NCBI GenBank assembly: GCA_048885865.1
Contig: JBHLLF010000004.1
Coordinates: 1-64,000 of the forward strand
DNA from: Candidatus Hermodarchaeota archaeon
Lineage (GTDB): Archaea; Asgardarchaeota; Thorarchaeia; Thorarchaeales; Thorarchaeaceae
Direction of reading: 5' to 3'
DNA length: 64,000 nt
The position numbers and the translations under genes were made by a program. Positions 1 through 10,919 of this stretch are shown in pieces (positions within the stretch are counted from its first letter, which is position 1; the number at the start of each line of letters is the position of its first letter). The notes under the pieces were generated by a model that ran no database searches, was not told the origin of the DNA, and saw nothing but the letters and a program-made list of their open reading frames with translations.

Positions 1-474
1 TTTGGGGAACAGTATCTACCTGAAATGGCAGACCGACTCAATCCAAAATACAAGGGAATCATGGTCAAGGAATGTGAAGACTTCATGGTGATGGTCGAAA
101 GCGTTGGTCTATGCAAGTATGGAACGCAGATTCCTCCTGAATTCTACTATGATGATGTTGCTCTTGCTCTAAAGATACACAATGGCATAGAGCTAACAAG
201 CGAGGAACTGCAGGTAATTGGAGAGCGCATTGTGAATCTCAATCGATTGTTCAATGTTGCTCGTGGTATCACTCGTCGAGATGATCAACTCCCTGATAGA
301 CTGACGAAAGAAGGAGCACCAAAGGGCCCCTCACCGGGACAGGTGGTTGAACTAGATCAAATGCTTGATGAGTACTATGAACAACGTGGATGGGATTTGG
401 AAACAGGACTGCCCACAATAGAAACTCTGAAGAAACTTGGCCTTGAAAAGGAAGGAAAAGAGGTCATCAAATAG
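1..474 (+). CDS. Aldehyde:ferredoxin oxidoreductase (W-pterin AOR family), C-terminal part, 5'-truncated
   Basis: Frame open to position 1; motifs GERIVNLNRLFN, DDQLPDRL, MLDEYYEQRGWD..TGLPT.ETLKKLGL. Confidence 0.9.
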   Translation, partial: FGEQYLPEMADRLNPKYKGIMVKECEDFMVMVESVGLCKYGTQIPPEFYYDDVALALKIHNGIELTSEELQVIGERIVNLNRLFNVARGITRRDDQLPDRLTKEGAPKGPSPGQVVELDQMLDEYYEQRGWDLETGLPTIETLKKLGLEKEGKEVIK

Positions 475-486
475 GAGAAACAGACT

Positions 487-987
487 ATGTCAATATTCCA
501 GAATAAAATGGATATCACTGTCTATGAGCACTTCAAGGACAAGAGCTCGAGGCTAGTGTCACTTATCCGCGAATTAGAACAAGTCTTGGGCAAGGAGAAG
601 GCACATGAGATTGTCTCTGATTGGGCAGAGAAGAATGCAATAAATGATGTGCGAAGCGTTGTTGAGTCCTTGGATAGGCCAATAGAATCGTTTGATGACG
701 TAAAGGTGCTGCTTAAACATTGGGTGGATGCTCTCAACAAGGACAATATGGAAGTTGTCGAAATCACTGAGGAAACCTCTACCAAGTCAATCTGTATTGT
801 CACAGAATGTATCTACGCCAAGGTGTTCAATGATCTTGACGCGGCCGATATAGGATATTTGCTACATTGTAAACAGGACTTTCCAGCAACGCCAGCTATT
901 CACCCAAATATGGGAATGAAGCGGTCTAAGACGCTAATGGAAAAACACGACTGCTGTGACTTCGAGTACTACTGGGCGGGAAAGTAG
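487..987 (+). CDS. L-2-amino-thiazoline-4-carboxylic acid hydrolase-like protein
   Basis: VTECIYA...IGYLLHC.QD...RSKTLM....CCDFEY pattern. Confidence 0.75.
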   Translation: MSIFQNKMDITVYEHFKDKSSRLVSLIRELEQVLGKEKAHEIVSDWAEKNAINDVRSVVESLDRPIESFDDVKVLLKHWVDALNKDNMEVVEITEETSTKSICIVTECIYAKVFNDLDAADIGYLLHCKQDFPATPAIHPNMGMKRSKTLMEKHDCCDFEYYWAGK

Positions 988-1023
988 GAGCCGCTCCACC
1001 TAATGCTTCCAAGAAACGCGATG

Positions 1024-1260
1024 TCAGTCCGATGCAGCACAGACGTTGGTTACTGTGTCCTTCACTCCATCGACCTTTCGCAGTGTATCCACGACAAAGG
1101 AACTCAATGACTCCGGAGTCTTGAAAGCACCTTTGATCAAGAGGTCATATGCACCATAAATCAGGTGGGCTTCTTCAACTTCTTCCAATTCTCTGACATG
1201 GACAAGCACATCACGAGCTTTTGCCGACTCGATTTTTGCCATGATAAAGGCTGTAATCAT
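1024..1260 (-). CDS. Stand-alone Lrp/AsnC ligand-binding (RAM) domain protein
   Basis: MITAFIMAK...AHLIYGAYDLLIK...LRKVDGVKDTVT; start moved to ATG 1260, which follows a GGGTGA SD-like motif. Confidence 0.85.
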   Translation of the reverse strand: MITAFIMAKIESAKARDVLVHVRELEEVEEAHLIYGAYDLLIKGAFKTPESLSSFVVDTLRKVDGVKDTVTNVCAASD

Positions 1261-1379
1261 TACTTTCACCCACCGAAAGACTACGTCTTGGTACATCCGC
1301 TGTGAGAGAATAAAACTGTTCCTTCTTAGCGGCAAATCCATCTCCTTAGCACTTATTACTTGGTCTTGAAAGCCTGGAC

Positions 1380-2486
1380 GTGAACATGGGTGGCGAACTC
1401 TCAATGGAGGACAAGATTAGTCCAAATGTTAGAGAGGGCTGGATAGGCCCCGGACGAAAAGATGGCGTAATAACTCCTCTCAAGCCGGAGGATGATGCCT
1501 TGCATATTCAGCCTGGAAAGAGGAACCAGTTTGAGTGGTGGTATTTCGATGCCCATCTTGAAGGAGGATACACAGTCGTAGCCTTCTTCCATGCAGCAAA
1601 TCCAAATCCGGGAATAACAGGAAAATCGGGAGTCGAATTGACACTACTAAGACCGGACGGGAGAAAGACGCAGAGGTTCATTGAATACGATCGTTCAGAG
1701 TTTCAGGCATCTCGCGAGATACCAGATGTGAGAATCGGCAAGAACTACATGAAGGTTGACTACTCCCAAGGTGAGTTACCTGTCTATGAGATATTCTTGG
1801 ATGAGGAGGAACTGGGATTTCATCTCATCTATCGTAGTCAAGTCCACGGCTGGAAGCCGGGAGATGGCTATTCACACTTTGGCGATAGGGGATATTTCGC
1901 CTGGGTAGTTCCATTTGCTCGAGCAGCTGTAGAAGGGACTGTTCGCGACGGCGACGAGTCGTTCTCCGTCACTGGCGTTGGCTATCATGATCATAATTGG
2001 TTGAATTTCGCATTCCAGAGAATCATAGAGTACTGGATGTGGGGCAGAGTCTATTCTGAAAACTTCACGCTCTCGTATGCCTACATCAAATGCAACAAGA
2101 GCGTGGATTATCACACAGTAAAAGTATTGATGCTAGCAAAGAACCAAGATGTCATTCTTAGCACAGGGGAATATGAGTTCATTCCCGAGACCTTCGAGTA
2201 CGATAAGAGGGCAAATCATTACTACCCCAAGTCCTTGACTATAAGGAACCCTGAGTCTTTCGAAACAGTGCTGACAGTTAAGAGAGTCCTAGAATCAGAG
2301 AACATGCTTGACAATTTTGGAGCACTTCTGCGGTTTGCTGCAAGTAGGATTCTGCGACTTCAACCCGGATACTTCAGACTCTTGTCTGATTTCGAACTCA
2401 ATGTGAATCATGATGGTGTTAGCGTAAAAGAGTCTGGAACTACACTACATGAGATTGTGGCCTTCAAACCAATACTGAAAGAGTAA
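1380..2486 (+). CDS. CrtC/tocopherol-cyclase-like (lipocalin-like) hydratase family protein
   Basis: FEWWYFDAHL, GVGYHDHNW and YWMWGR motifs. Confidence 0.7.
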   Translation: MNMGGELSMEDKISPNVREGWIGPGRKDGVITPLKPEDDALHIQPGKRNQFEWWYFDAHLEGGYTVVAFFHAANPNPGITGKSGVELTLLRPDGRKTQRFIEYDRSEFQASREIPDVRIGKNYMKVDYSQGELPVYEIFLDEEELGFHLIYRSQVHGWKPGDGYSHFGDRGYFAWVVPFARAAVEGTVRDGDESFSVTGVGYHDHNWLNFAFQRIIEYWMWGRVYSENFTLSYAYIKCNKSVDYHTVKVLMLAKNQDVILSTGEYEFIPETFEYDKRANHYYPKSLTIRNPESFETVLTVKRVLESENMLDNFGALLRFAASRILRLQPGYFRLLSDFELNVNHDGVSVKESGTTLHEIVAFKPILKE

Positions 2487-2488
2487 AC

Positions 2489-3268
2489 TCAGTCGTGTAT
2501 CAGGACGCAACGCATGGATATCGATCCATAGATGACCTTAGCTGCTGAATAGCTGACTTGCTCATGAGGCTGTTTCAATGCAAGCACATACAGGAGTGGC
2601 AAATAATGCTCATTCGTCCAGAATGCCTTGCCCGAGTTCGGAATACGCTCATAATGAATGAGTGAGTGGTGGTCATCGGCATCTATCCGCTTTTCAATAT
2701 CCTCGTCGAACTCATAAGCCCAAGGATATCCTGTGTGATTCATTCTTGCCAGAGCCAGATTGTGTACGATGTTGCCACTACCCAGAATCAAGACCCCCTC
2801 TCTTCTGAGTTGAAGGAGTTCCATACCAATGTCATAATGCTCCTGAGGGGTCATAGTCTGGTGTAAGCTCAGTTGGAGTGTTGGAATGTCTGCGTCGGGA
2901 TACATTCTCTTAAGCACAACCCATGCACCATGGTCCAAACCCCTTGATTCATCAGGATAGACCTTGGTTTTTTTGAGAGTCTCCTGAATTCTCAGAGCGA
3001 TCTCAGGAGCTCCGGGAGCTGGATAGGTTACCTTGTAGAGCTCTTCAGGGAACCCGTAGAAGTCATAGATTGTTTCGGGTTGGGCAGTTGTCGATACAAA
3101 TGTTCCGCGTGAAAGCCAATGAGCAGAAACACAAAGAATGGCTTTTGGCCTAGGAATCTGCGCCGCAATCTCCGCCCAGTTCGCCGCAAATTCATTGTTC
3201 TCAATTCCATTCATGGGGGAACCATGCCCGACGAAGAGTGTAGGCATTAGCGATTCTGATTCTGACAT
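2489..3268 (-). CDS. ygiD: 4,5-DOPA extradiol dioxygenase (YgiD/LigB family)
   Basis: LFVGHGSPMN, SAHW, DFYGFP, RGLDHGAW, GSGNIVHNL, EHYLPLLY. Confidence 0.9.
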   Translation of the reverse strand: MSESESLMPTLFVGHGSPMNGIENNEFAANWAEIAAQIPRPKAILCVSAHWLSRGTFVSTTAQPETIYDFYGFPEELYKVTYPAPGAPEIALRIQETLKKTKVYPDESRGLDHGAWVVLKRMYPDADIPTLQLSLHQTMTPQEHYDIGMELLQLRREGVLILGSGNIVHNLALARMNHTGYPWAYEFDEDIEKRIDADDHHSLIHYERIPNSGKAFWTNEHYLPLLYVLALKQPHEQVSYSAAKVIYGSISMRCVLIHD

Positions 3269-3317
3269 TGAACCAGCGTCAGCAAAATCCTGTATTAAGG
3301 GCTAAGATGTGGCAAGG

Positions 3318-4370
3318 TTAGATCCAGCCCCTGCGTCTGAAGTAAAACACCAGGATGGCGGTGATGAGTAGCATAACCATAAGGAAAACTGGATAGCCAT
3401 AGAAAAAATCAAGCTCGGGCATCCAGATCCAATTCATCCCGTATATACTGGCCATTAGAGTGAGTGGGATGAAGATAGTGGAGATTACGGTGAGGACCTT
3501 CATCACTTCATTCATCTTATTGCTCATAGTTGAGAGGTAGATATCCAGCATCCCCGTGATGCCTTCTCGATAAGTTTCGGCAAGGTCAGTCACTCGAATC
3601 ACATGGTCGTATAGGTCTCTAAGATAGACCTTGGTCGCGTCAGTCACCAGTTCGGTGTCATCTCTGTTGAGGGCAAACACAACCTCACGAAGAGGCCAGA
3701 TATACCTTCGAAGAGCAATGACCGTACGTTTCAGCCTATAGATACGGCTGAGGACCTCACTGTCTGCTTCCTCAATTAGCTCGTCCTCCAAACGCTCAAT
3801 TTGTTCTCCGACCTCCTCCAAGACCCGAAAGTAGTCGTCTACCACAACATCCACGAGCGCATACGCTAGATAGTCAGGACCGTCCTTTCGAATTCTTCCG
3901 GTGGGTCTCCGAAGCCTATCCCTGATTGCTTTGAAGATATTCTCCGAAGACTCCTGGAAAGAGAGAATGATGTTTTTCCCCAGGATGATGCTCAACTGCT
4001 CTGAAACAACCCTTCTATCCTCCCCTACTATATCGAAGACTCTCAGGACCAAATAGACCTTGTTCTGTAGCACCTCAACCTTGGGACGCTGCCCGACACT
4101 TGGAATGTCCTCTAGGATTAATGGGTGTATTTCATATTTTTCTCCGAGATAGTTGATAATTTCCAAATCATGAACGCCATTGACGTGGATCCATTTCACC
4201 TTCACTGATTCATGAGGAGGATCGCAGTCCTGCATGCAGTCAGCAACATACTCACTCATCTTCTCCTCATTGTACTCCACAATCTCAATAGTGACCTTCT
4301 CAGTCCGCTTGATTCCTGTATGTACAGGAGTTCCGGGCGGAAGACCCACTTTGCTAGTTCCATCAGGCAT
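3318..4370 (-). CDS. corA: Magnesium/cobalt transporter CorA
   Basis: GLPPGT N-terminus, QRPK, NEVMKVLT, YGMN signature, two C-terminal TM helices; start at ATG 4370 after GGAGG. Confidence 0.95.
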   Translation of the reverse strand: MPDGTSKVGLPPGTPVHTGIKRTEKVTIEIVEYNEEKMSEYVADCMQDCDPPHESVKVKWIHVNGVHDLEIINYLGEKYEIHPLILEDIPSVGQRPKVEVLQNKVYLVLRVFDIVGEDRRVVSEQLSIILGKNIILSFQESSENIFKAIRDRLRRPTGRIRKDGPDYLAYALVDVVVDDYFRVLEEVGEQIERLEDELIEEADSEVLSRIYRLKRTVIALRRYIWPLREVVFALNRDDTELVTDATKVYLRDLYDHVIRVTDLAETYREGITGMLDIYLSTMSNKMNEVMKVLTVISTIFIPLTLMASIYGMNWIWMPELDFFYGYPVFLMVMLLITAILVFYFRRRGWI

Positions 4371-4498
4371 GAGCCATAACCTCCAAGGTGAAGAGATTGC
4401 CACACTCAATCTGCAGAATCCAACATAATAATCCATCCCGTGGTATTGAATTTCGCGCTTCATTCATATGATTCAATCAAGGGAGGATGATTCTGGAC

Positions 4499-6130
4499 CT
4501 AGCGTTGAAGCAGCTTCGGAGCGAGCCACCATATGATAAGCGACTCAAGGATAGATACTGCCAATTGCATGCACACACCAATCAGATGATTTCCAGTGGA
4601 TACTAGGGTAACTGAATAACCAATCAACGGCAGAAGACCAACAATTGCCCCCATAGCCATAGAAAGTATGACCAATCCCTGTTCAGAAGCCAAATTAAGA
4701 GCAACAACATTGCCGCCTCCCTTTCTTAGATAGATTGTTGCACCAATAGTCATTGCAAATGCATATCCACACGGGACTTGGCAAATTGGCATAGCAATCA
4801 GTAGCGGCACTACAGTTGGATTGATTACTAGGAGAATTGCTATGACTGACATTGCTAAGATCTCACACACTAGAAAGATGAGAACCTTCGCCTGTAGATT
4901 CAAGACCGGTCTGAGTGGCAGACCGTCAAACACTGACGCACCTTGAGCATCAGTGGATAAGAGCCCAATGATTGAGAACCCTAGGAATGTCTGTGAATAC
5001 CCAAGCCCGATGAGTACATTTGTGCTCCTGATGACACCCTCGGGAGACATGGTAAGAAAGGGATACACAAACAGTGCCATGAGAAGGGGTATTGCAAAAA
5101 TCATGATTGCACTCATGCTCCTAGATCCCAGCCGCAGGTCCTTTCTAATTATCCCAACGAGTGGCCTTGTGGGATTGAATTCGATAATATCTGAGGGTCT
5201 TTCGTCCGTCTGAACACCTCCAAAGGATATCTCTTGTAAAGAATGACCACTCCATCTGAGAGAGTAGAAAGCAATTGTAGAATAGACGACCGCTCCGATT
5301 GCTGCAAATGCTGTGGTGAGTAATGGAATCGCCGCGCCATATAGGATGCTGGCTCCTAGGAGGCCAAAAGAAACTGGGAATACCCATGCAAGAACTGCAA
5401 AAAGCGGAGAATCTATGCCCGTCGTATTATACGTGATGAATTGTATGAGTGCGGGCATATAATTCATCATTCCAAATACTGCAAAGATACCCACAATCAA
5501 GCCAATATTTGTGATGATACGCAGTGCATTCGCTGACCTAGACTGGGGCGCTGTGGTAATCTTGCTGTGAAACCATTTGGAGGATTTGACAAGAGCTCCC
5601 ACTGAGAACATCACTGTGACAACACAAGACAGGAGAGAGATGCCTGCAATGAGAGGTCCAAACAACAAGAGGGCTCCGGCAGGGAATAGGACTATAATAG
5701 CCAGGACTGGGGCAAAGAATATCCGCAAGAACGTCAGAGTGGAAAGAGCATCGAGGTCAGAACGAGGAAGCGGTAGAGTCGCAATGAATTCAATGGACTT
5801 CGAAGAAAAATATGCGGTGGTATTTTGCAGATTGAGAACGAAAAGAAGCACGAAGCAGAAACCCATAAACATAGTGAACGAGAGGACGAGTAGGGTCGCT
5901 CGGTCTCCCTCTATGAAGGGAGATGCGCCTAGCAGGAGAGACATAAGCGTGAGCATGCCTATGATCATAGCTGATGAAATGCCACTCCACTTCACCGACC
6001 GGTTGAGAGCCTTGATTAGCCTATCATTATTCTCCGTGAGCTGTGCATAACTCCCCGGGTTGGCTGTGAGAGCGCCATTTAACCTGATCTCTGTCGCAGC
6101 TACTCCTGCGATATACCAGAGCTTACTCAG
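4499..6130 (-). CDS. ABC-2 type transporter permease (multi-TM)
   Basis: Many hydrophobic segments, two LPL motifs, IIRKDLRL; downstream of ABC ATPase. Frame is open upstream of 5995 to a CTG at 6130; start uncertain. Confidence 0.75.
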   Translation of the reverse strand: MSKLWYIAGVAATEIRLNGALTANPGSYAQLTENNDRLIKALNRSVKWSGISSAMIIGMLTLMSLLLGASPFIEGDRATLLVLSFTMFMGFCFVLLFVLNLQNTTAYFSSKSIEFIATLPLPRSDLDALSTLTFLRIFFAPVLAIIVLFPAGALLLFGPLIAGISLLSCVVTVMFSVGALVKSSKWFHSKITTAPQSRSANALRIITNIGLIVGIFAVFGMMNYMPALIQFITYNTTGIDSPLFAVLAWVFPVSFGLLGASILYGAAIPLLTTAFAAIGAVVYSTIAFYSLRWSGHSLQEISFGGVQTDERPSDIIEFNPTRPLVGIIRKDLRLGSRSMSAIMIFAIPLLMALFVYPFLTMSPEGVIRSTNVLIGLGYSQTFLGFSIIGLLSTDAQGASVFDGLPLRPVLNLQAKVLIFLVCEILAMSVIAILLVINPTVVPLLIAMPICQVPCGYAFAMTIGATIYLRKGGGNVVALNLASEQGLVILSMAMGAIVGLLPLIGYSVTLVSTGNHLIGVCMQLAVSILESLIIWWLAPKLLQR

Positions 6131-6923
6131 ATTCAGAAAATGCCCCCCTCAACACCCGCACACCTTCTATGACTTCTTCCTCCTGATGAGTGAGTTTCAG
6201 GAAGAGCTGCTCGAGGCTTGCACTCTCCTGACTGGCCTTTTCCTTGAGTTCTTGGAGCGCCCCCTCTGCAACGAGCTTGCCTTCATCAATGATTCCTACA
6301 CGGTCACACAAGTCTTCCGCCACCTCCATGACATGGGTACTGAAAAGCACCGAGCCGCCATCTTGGGAGTGTTGTTGAAGCACATTCTTCATGATACTTG
6401 TGCTTCGAACATCAAGTCCGGAAAAAGGCTCATCGAGAATGAGGAGACGCGGAGCATGAAGCATTGCTATGATGAGCATCGCCTTCTGTCGACTCCCAGC
6501 TGAAAGCGTGAGAATCATCTGACTATAATATTTGGAGAAGTCAAGTGCTCTAACAAGTTTGTCAACGCGCGCGCTGGTCTTGATGGATGGTAAATCTCTC
6601 ACAGAGGCAACGAATTCAAAAAGCTCCTGCGGAGTTAGTGATTCATAGAGAAGCTGAGTTTCTGGTACGTATCCTACCTTCTTCTTAACCTCATACGAAT
6701 CTTCAACAGGATTGTGGCCGTAGACATCAACACTTCCAGAATCCGGATGCAGGAGTCCCATCAGGATTCTAATAGTCGTCGTCTTTCCAGCTCCATTTGG
6801 GCCAAGGAGCCCATAGATTTCACCTTCTCGGACTTCAAAGGATAGGTCATCGACAGCACGAAGGCTCCCAAATGTTTTCACTAGATTCTTGATGATGACT
6901 GCTGCCAATATCAGAGCCCCCAA
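6123..6923 (-). CDS. ABC transporter ATP-binding protein
   Basis: GPNGAGKTT Walker A, LSAG signature, LILDEP Walker B, STH. Confidence 0.95.
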   Translation of the reverse strand: MGALILAAVIIKNLVKTFGSLRAVDDLSFEVREGEIYGLLGPNGAGKTTTIRILMGLLHPDSGSVDVYGHNPVEDSYEVKKKVGYVPETQLLYESLTPQELFEFVASVRDLPSIKTSARVDKLVRALDFSKYYSQMILTLSAGSRQKAMLIIAMLHAPRLLILDEPFSGLDVRSTSIMKNVLQQHSQDGGSVLFSTHVMEVAEDLCDRVGIIDEGKLVAEGALQELKEKASQESASLEQLFLKLTHQEEEVIEGVRVLRGAFSESE

Positions 6924-7103
6924 CCAGCAGACGGATCATTTACACCGTCTTCCAATCAAATGTCTATTTTATGATATAAGGATTCTGAACATAGTTTCTG
7001 AGCTCAAGAGAGCAATTCAGCAAATGACAGTGGAGGTGTTTCAGAACATACCTTAAATCCCATATCATGGTATGGATGAGAATCTCTGCCAAAGATAATC
7101 TGC

Positions 7104-10004
7104 TTACTCCAAGTACAATGAAACTCTACCTGGTAATGCGAATCTTGCCTTGTTTTGAGGATCATATTCGGGCTTCAGTGCACTATGGACAGTCACTTTC
7201 ATCCCAATCTCGGAAGAGATATAGTCAGCAGAGTCTTTCAAGATGGACAGCTCATCCTTTGCGCTCTTAGAGTGGTCCCACAGTCCATTCTCCTTGGCAA
7301 TTCTATCAACTATATTCTTGACCTGTTTCCCATGCTGTCTGTAGTCTGGATTTGACATCAAGTGTTTCATGATGTCACCCACTATCATCGAAACATCGTC
7401 TGTCCTTATACTGTTCATTGCCTTGAACATCCATTGAGGTGCCACATAGATATGGACTTCCGACGCCTTCTTGTCCCTCAATAATTTTGCAATCTCTCGG
7501 ATGTCTTTGACCGTGGCTTCGACCACCTGCTGGGCCATTTCAACAGATGGATCAATCAGCCTTCTGTCCGCCTTAGGCCATGGCGCTAACGAAACATAGC
7601 CGTCACGGTCCATCTTAGACCATATCTCCTCACTGACATGCGGAGTCATTGGTGCAGTCAATCTGACCCACTTGTCGCATATGTAGGCCATGGTCGCTTC
7701 GCGCTCTTCTTTGGGCACCTTCCGTTTCAAATAGTGATGGATTGTGCGTATCATCTCGGACATGACTGTAATGGCATAGTCACGTATCCTGAAGTTCTCC
7801 ATATAGTCGGTACACTCTTGGATGATGGTATTCATTCGGGACAGTACCCATCGAGTGGTCTCTGTTGGCTTGTCCTTCTTTGTGTAAGCCCTAGGCGTTT
7901 TCTTTGAGTATTTCTTCATGATTTCACTGAACTGCTTGATGCGATTCCTTACAGCTGGCACATCTCGTTCGCGCCAATCCATGAGACTGCCTGGTTCAGC
8001 TGCTGACAGCACATAAGTTCTGAACACATCTGCCCCATATTTCGTGGGAATCTCTCCTAGAGGGATGGTGTTGCCCTTGCTTTTTGACATCTTTCCACCC
8101 TCCATGTTCATGTGTTCATTGAGGCTGATGCATTGAATCCAGTGCTTCTTGGGGAATAGTGCTGCATGATGGAAGATGGCAAAGCTCAGGTGATTTGATA
8201 TGTGCGAAGGAGCTGTATGCCGCTGGTCATTCGGATACCAATATAGAAACTCCTCTCGCATCGTTTTCAGGAGGGCTGGTGAAACTCCGGTTTCCTTTGC
8301 GACCTTGTCGAGCATTCCCTTGCCTTGAAACACATAGTCAAAGAAAGGAACCACTAGATGCTCGGCTTTCAGCTTGTTTTGCCTAATGATATGAGCTATT
8401 GTGTAGAATGCCATGTAGATTGTGGAGTCCGACAACGCTTCGATGATCCATTCTGGGTCAAAGGGTAGTGGAGTTCCGATTCCCCTCTTGCGGGCACATG
8501 GTCTTTGAGCTAACCAATGGAAGGTCGACTCAAACATGATTCTGAAGGCTTCAGGGATTATCTTCATCGAATTCAAAGCATCCCACGCCTTGTCCTTCCA
8601 GCCTGGACTCTCATAGTCCAGGAACCATTGGCCAGCTAAGACTGCAATTTGTACATCTGTTCCGCACTTGCAGACAACTGGTCGCTGATCTGGCTCATAG
8701 AACACATCGCCTTGATTCTGCTCCTTTAGCCAAGCAATTACATCATCCTTCACGCCGCTCACCTTTCGCCCCGCAAAGGGCCCACAGTTGTCCATCATGA
8801 TGCCTTCGTAGAACTCGACCTTGTAGACCTCTCCAGTCGCCTCCTCCAGTTTCTCCAGATCATTTTGGTTGGCAATACCCAATTTGTCGACTAGGTCTTT
8901 TGTTAGAAAGTCACTACCACCCTCAATCTCAATCATCATAATGACTTCAATGGCTCTGACTTCTTCTGCAGTAATGCCGTATTGCTCAAGCTCAGATGGG
9001 TCTTCCCATAAATCACGCAAAGCAATGTAGTCGTAAGGTGCATGACCGGGGACTGAATACACAACTCCAGTTGCATTGTTCACATCCACAAAATCTGCGG
9101 GTAGGATGGGAATGTCGCGTCCATCATGAATGGTCTTGCATGTTTTGCCGATTATCTCAGAACCTTTGAAGGTCTCCAAGACTTCTACTTCCTTTGCTTG
9201 TAGCTTCAATTTCTCTGTAGCTGCCGCTGAAACAATCCACTTCTCGCCATCTACGTCAGCCTTGGCATACTCTTCCTTTGGATTGATCCACACGTTTGTA
9301 ATGCCAAAGGTTGTTTCAGGCCTCAGGCTCCCGGCTACAAGGAATCCATCTTCAAAGGGATATTTCATGGCGGTGAACTCTTTGACCTTTGCATTAATGC
9401 CCACTAAGATATCGTCCTCACCAACTGGATTTCCACAGTGGGGACAATATAGCAGAGGATGAGAGCCCTTTTTGATGTAGCCCAGGTCCATGAACTTATG
9501 ATATTGCCAAGTGATGAAGCTATTATAGATCTCATCGCCCGTTGTGAAATGGCGTCGCCAATCAATACTATAGCCTAGAGCCTTGAAGTCGGCTGAGATT
9601 GCGTCTGCGAAGAACCAGACTGTGGCCCAAGGGTCGACGAACTTCTTTACCTGTTCCTCAACCTCCTCTTCAGTATCTAGATAGACTCGTAGGTCACGCT
9701 TGTATTGTTCAATTGCAACGGGGTCATTATTCTTGACTCTGTCCACTATGCCCAAAATGGGTGTGCCTGTGATATGAGACGCCATTGGATAGAGAACGTT
9801 GAAGCCCTGCATTCGCTTATAGCGCGCAATTAAATCTCCCACAGTATAGGTCCTGCCATGTCCTATATGCAAAGCGCCGTTGGGGTAAGGATATGGTACG
9901 GTTAGGAAGAACTTCTTCTTCTTGGGATCGGGATCTACTTCGAAGATACGGTCTTTCTCCCATCTTTTCTGCCACTTCTTCTCAAACTTGACTTGTTCAC
10001 TCAT
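7104..10004 (-). CDS. leuS: Leucyl-tRNA synthetase (archaeal type)
   Basis: [32 protein letters not shown]-terminal [14 protein letters not shown]. Confidence 0.97.
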   Translation of the reverse strand: MSEQVKFEKKWQKRWEKDRIFEVDPDPKKKKFFLTVPYPYPNGALHIGHGRTYTVGDLIARYKRMQGFNVLYPMASHITGTPILGIVDRVKNNDPVAIEQYKRDLRVYLDTEEEVEEQVKKFVDPWATVWFFADAISADFKALGYSIDWRRHFTTGDEIYNSFITWQYHKFMDLGYIKKGSHPLLYCPHCGNPVGEDDILVGINAKVKEFTAMKYPFEDGFLVAGSLRPETTFGITNVWINPKEEYAKADVDGEKWIVSAAATEKLKLQAKEVEVLETFKGSEIIGKTCKTIHDGRDIPILPADFVDVNNATGVVYSVPGHAPYDYIALRDLWEDPSELEQYGITAEEVRAIEVIMMIEIEGGSDFLTKDLVDKLGIANQNDLEKLEEATGEVYKVEFYEGIMMDNCGPFAGRKVSGVKDDVIAWLKEQNQGDVFYEPDQRPVVCKCGTDVQIAVLAGQWFLDYESPGWKDKAWDALNSMKIIPEAFRIMFESTFHWLAQRPCARKRGIGTPLPFDPEWIIEALSDSTIYMAFYTIAHIIRQNKLKAEHLVVPFFDYVFQGKGMLDKVAKETGVSPALLKTMREEFLYWYPNDQRHTAPSHISNHLSFAIFHHAALFPKKHWIQCISLNEHMNMEGGKMSKSKGNTIPLGEIPTKYGADVFRTYVLSAAEPGSLMDWRERDVPAVRNRIKQFSEIMKKYSKKTPRAYTKKDKPTETTRWVLSRMNTIIQECTDYMENFRIRDYAITVMSEMIRTIHHYLKRKVPKEEREATMAYICDKWVRLTAPMTPHVSEEIWSKMDRDGYVSLAPWPKADRRLIDPSVEMAQQVVEATVKDIREIAKLLRDKKASEVHIYVAPQWMFKAMNSIRTDDVSMIVGDIMKHLMSNPDYRQHGKQVKNIVDRIAKENGLWDHSKSAKDELSILKDSADYISSEIGMKVTVHSALKPEYDPQNKARFALPGRVSLYLE

Positions 10005-10204
10005 CGCTGGACGCCTCTATGTATTATTGAAGTGCTTGAGGAGCCGTAATCAGTATCCTCTATAAAGGAAACGCAAAAGTCGTTCGTTCTAATATTCGAG
10101 AACGCAATCCATCCTGGCTCACTCAAAGCTCTTGTCGTGACAGCCCCTTATTAGAGCTTTGGCCAACTAGAATTGACCTAGAGCAGCAAGCCGCCAGGGA
10201 TAGA

Positions 10205-10870
10205 GTGAAAAGGAGTCTAAGAATCGCCCGGTTCATGGGAAACAGTTGGACGCAGTCGCCTAGTTCAGAGTATATTGATGTGCATGAAAAGCTACTTCCG
10301 TATCAGCGCGTCCTCGAGTTCTTTGAAAAAGTCGAGGCAGAGTATGACGTTTTGCAATATTGCAATGGCGCGAATGAGAGAGGAAGGTGGATATTCCAAA
10401 TCTATAGTAACGAGTTCGTCAATGAACTGGCAGACGTGCTGAATAACTTGCAGTCAGTTTGCAATCCACATGGAACTATCCTTGAGGTGATGAGTGGGGA
10501 TGGGAAGCTCACTGAATTCTTGAAACCGCTGGTAGAATCCAAGGTAATCGCCACTGATGCGCGGAAGGGGAGTTATGGCATTGCCTATCCAAAATGGGTT
10601 GAGAACTTGGATGCTATTGAAGCAGTATCAACCTACCGACCTGATGTGGTGGTGATGGCATGGGAACCATTCTATTCATCAGTTGGGCTAGAGATTGCTG
10701 AAACTGGCTCTCCATTGATATGGATTGGTGACCGAAGACATAGTGCTATCTATTCAGGGCTGTTTGAGAAGAACCATATCAGGGTGAACAGCAAATATGC
10801 CCTTGGACGGCATGATTCATTCTCCGCTCGCAATTTTGAAACTGATGTGTATCTCTTCAACTGGCTATAA
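10205..10870 (+). CDS. Putative class I SAM-dependent methyltransferase-like protein
   Basis: ILEVMSGDGKL motif I, VIATD, ENLDAIEAV. Confidence 0.55.
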   Translation: MKRSLRIARFMGNSWTQSPSSEYIDVHEKLLPYQRVLEFFEKVEAEYDVLQYCNGANERGRWIFQIYSNEFVNELADVLNNLQSVCNPHGTILEVMSGDGKLTEFLKPLVESKVIATDARKGSYGIAYPKWVENLDAIEAVSTYRPDVVVMAWEPFYSSVGLEIAETGSPLIWIGDRRHSAIYSGLFEKNHIRVNSKYALGRHDSFSARNFETDVYLFNWL

Positions 10871-10919
10871 TCCCGTGTTACACCAACTCATATTCCTCAA
10901 AACTGAGTAGTAGCATAAA

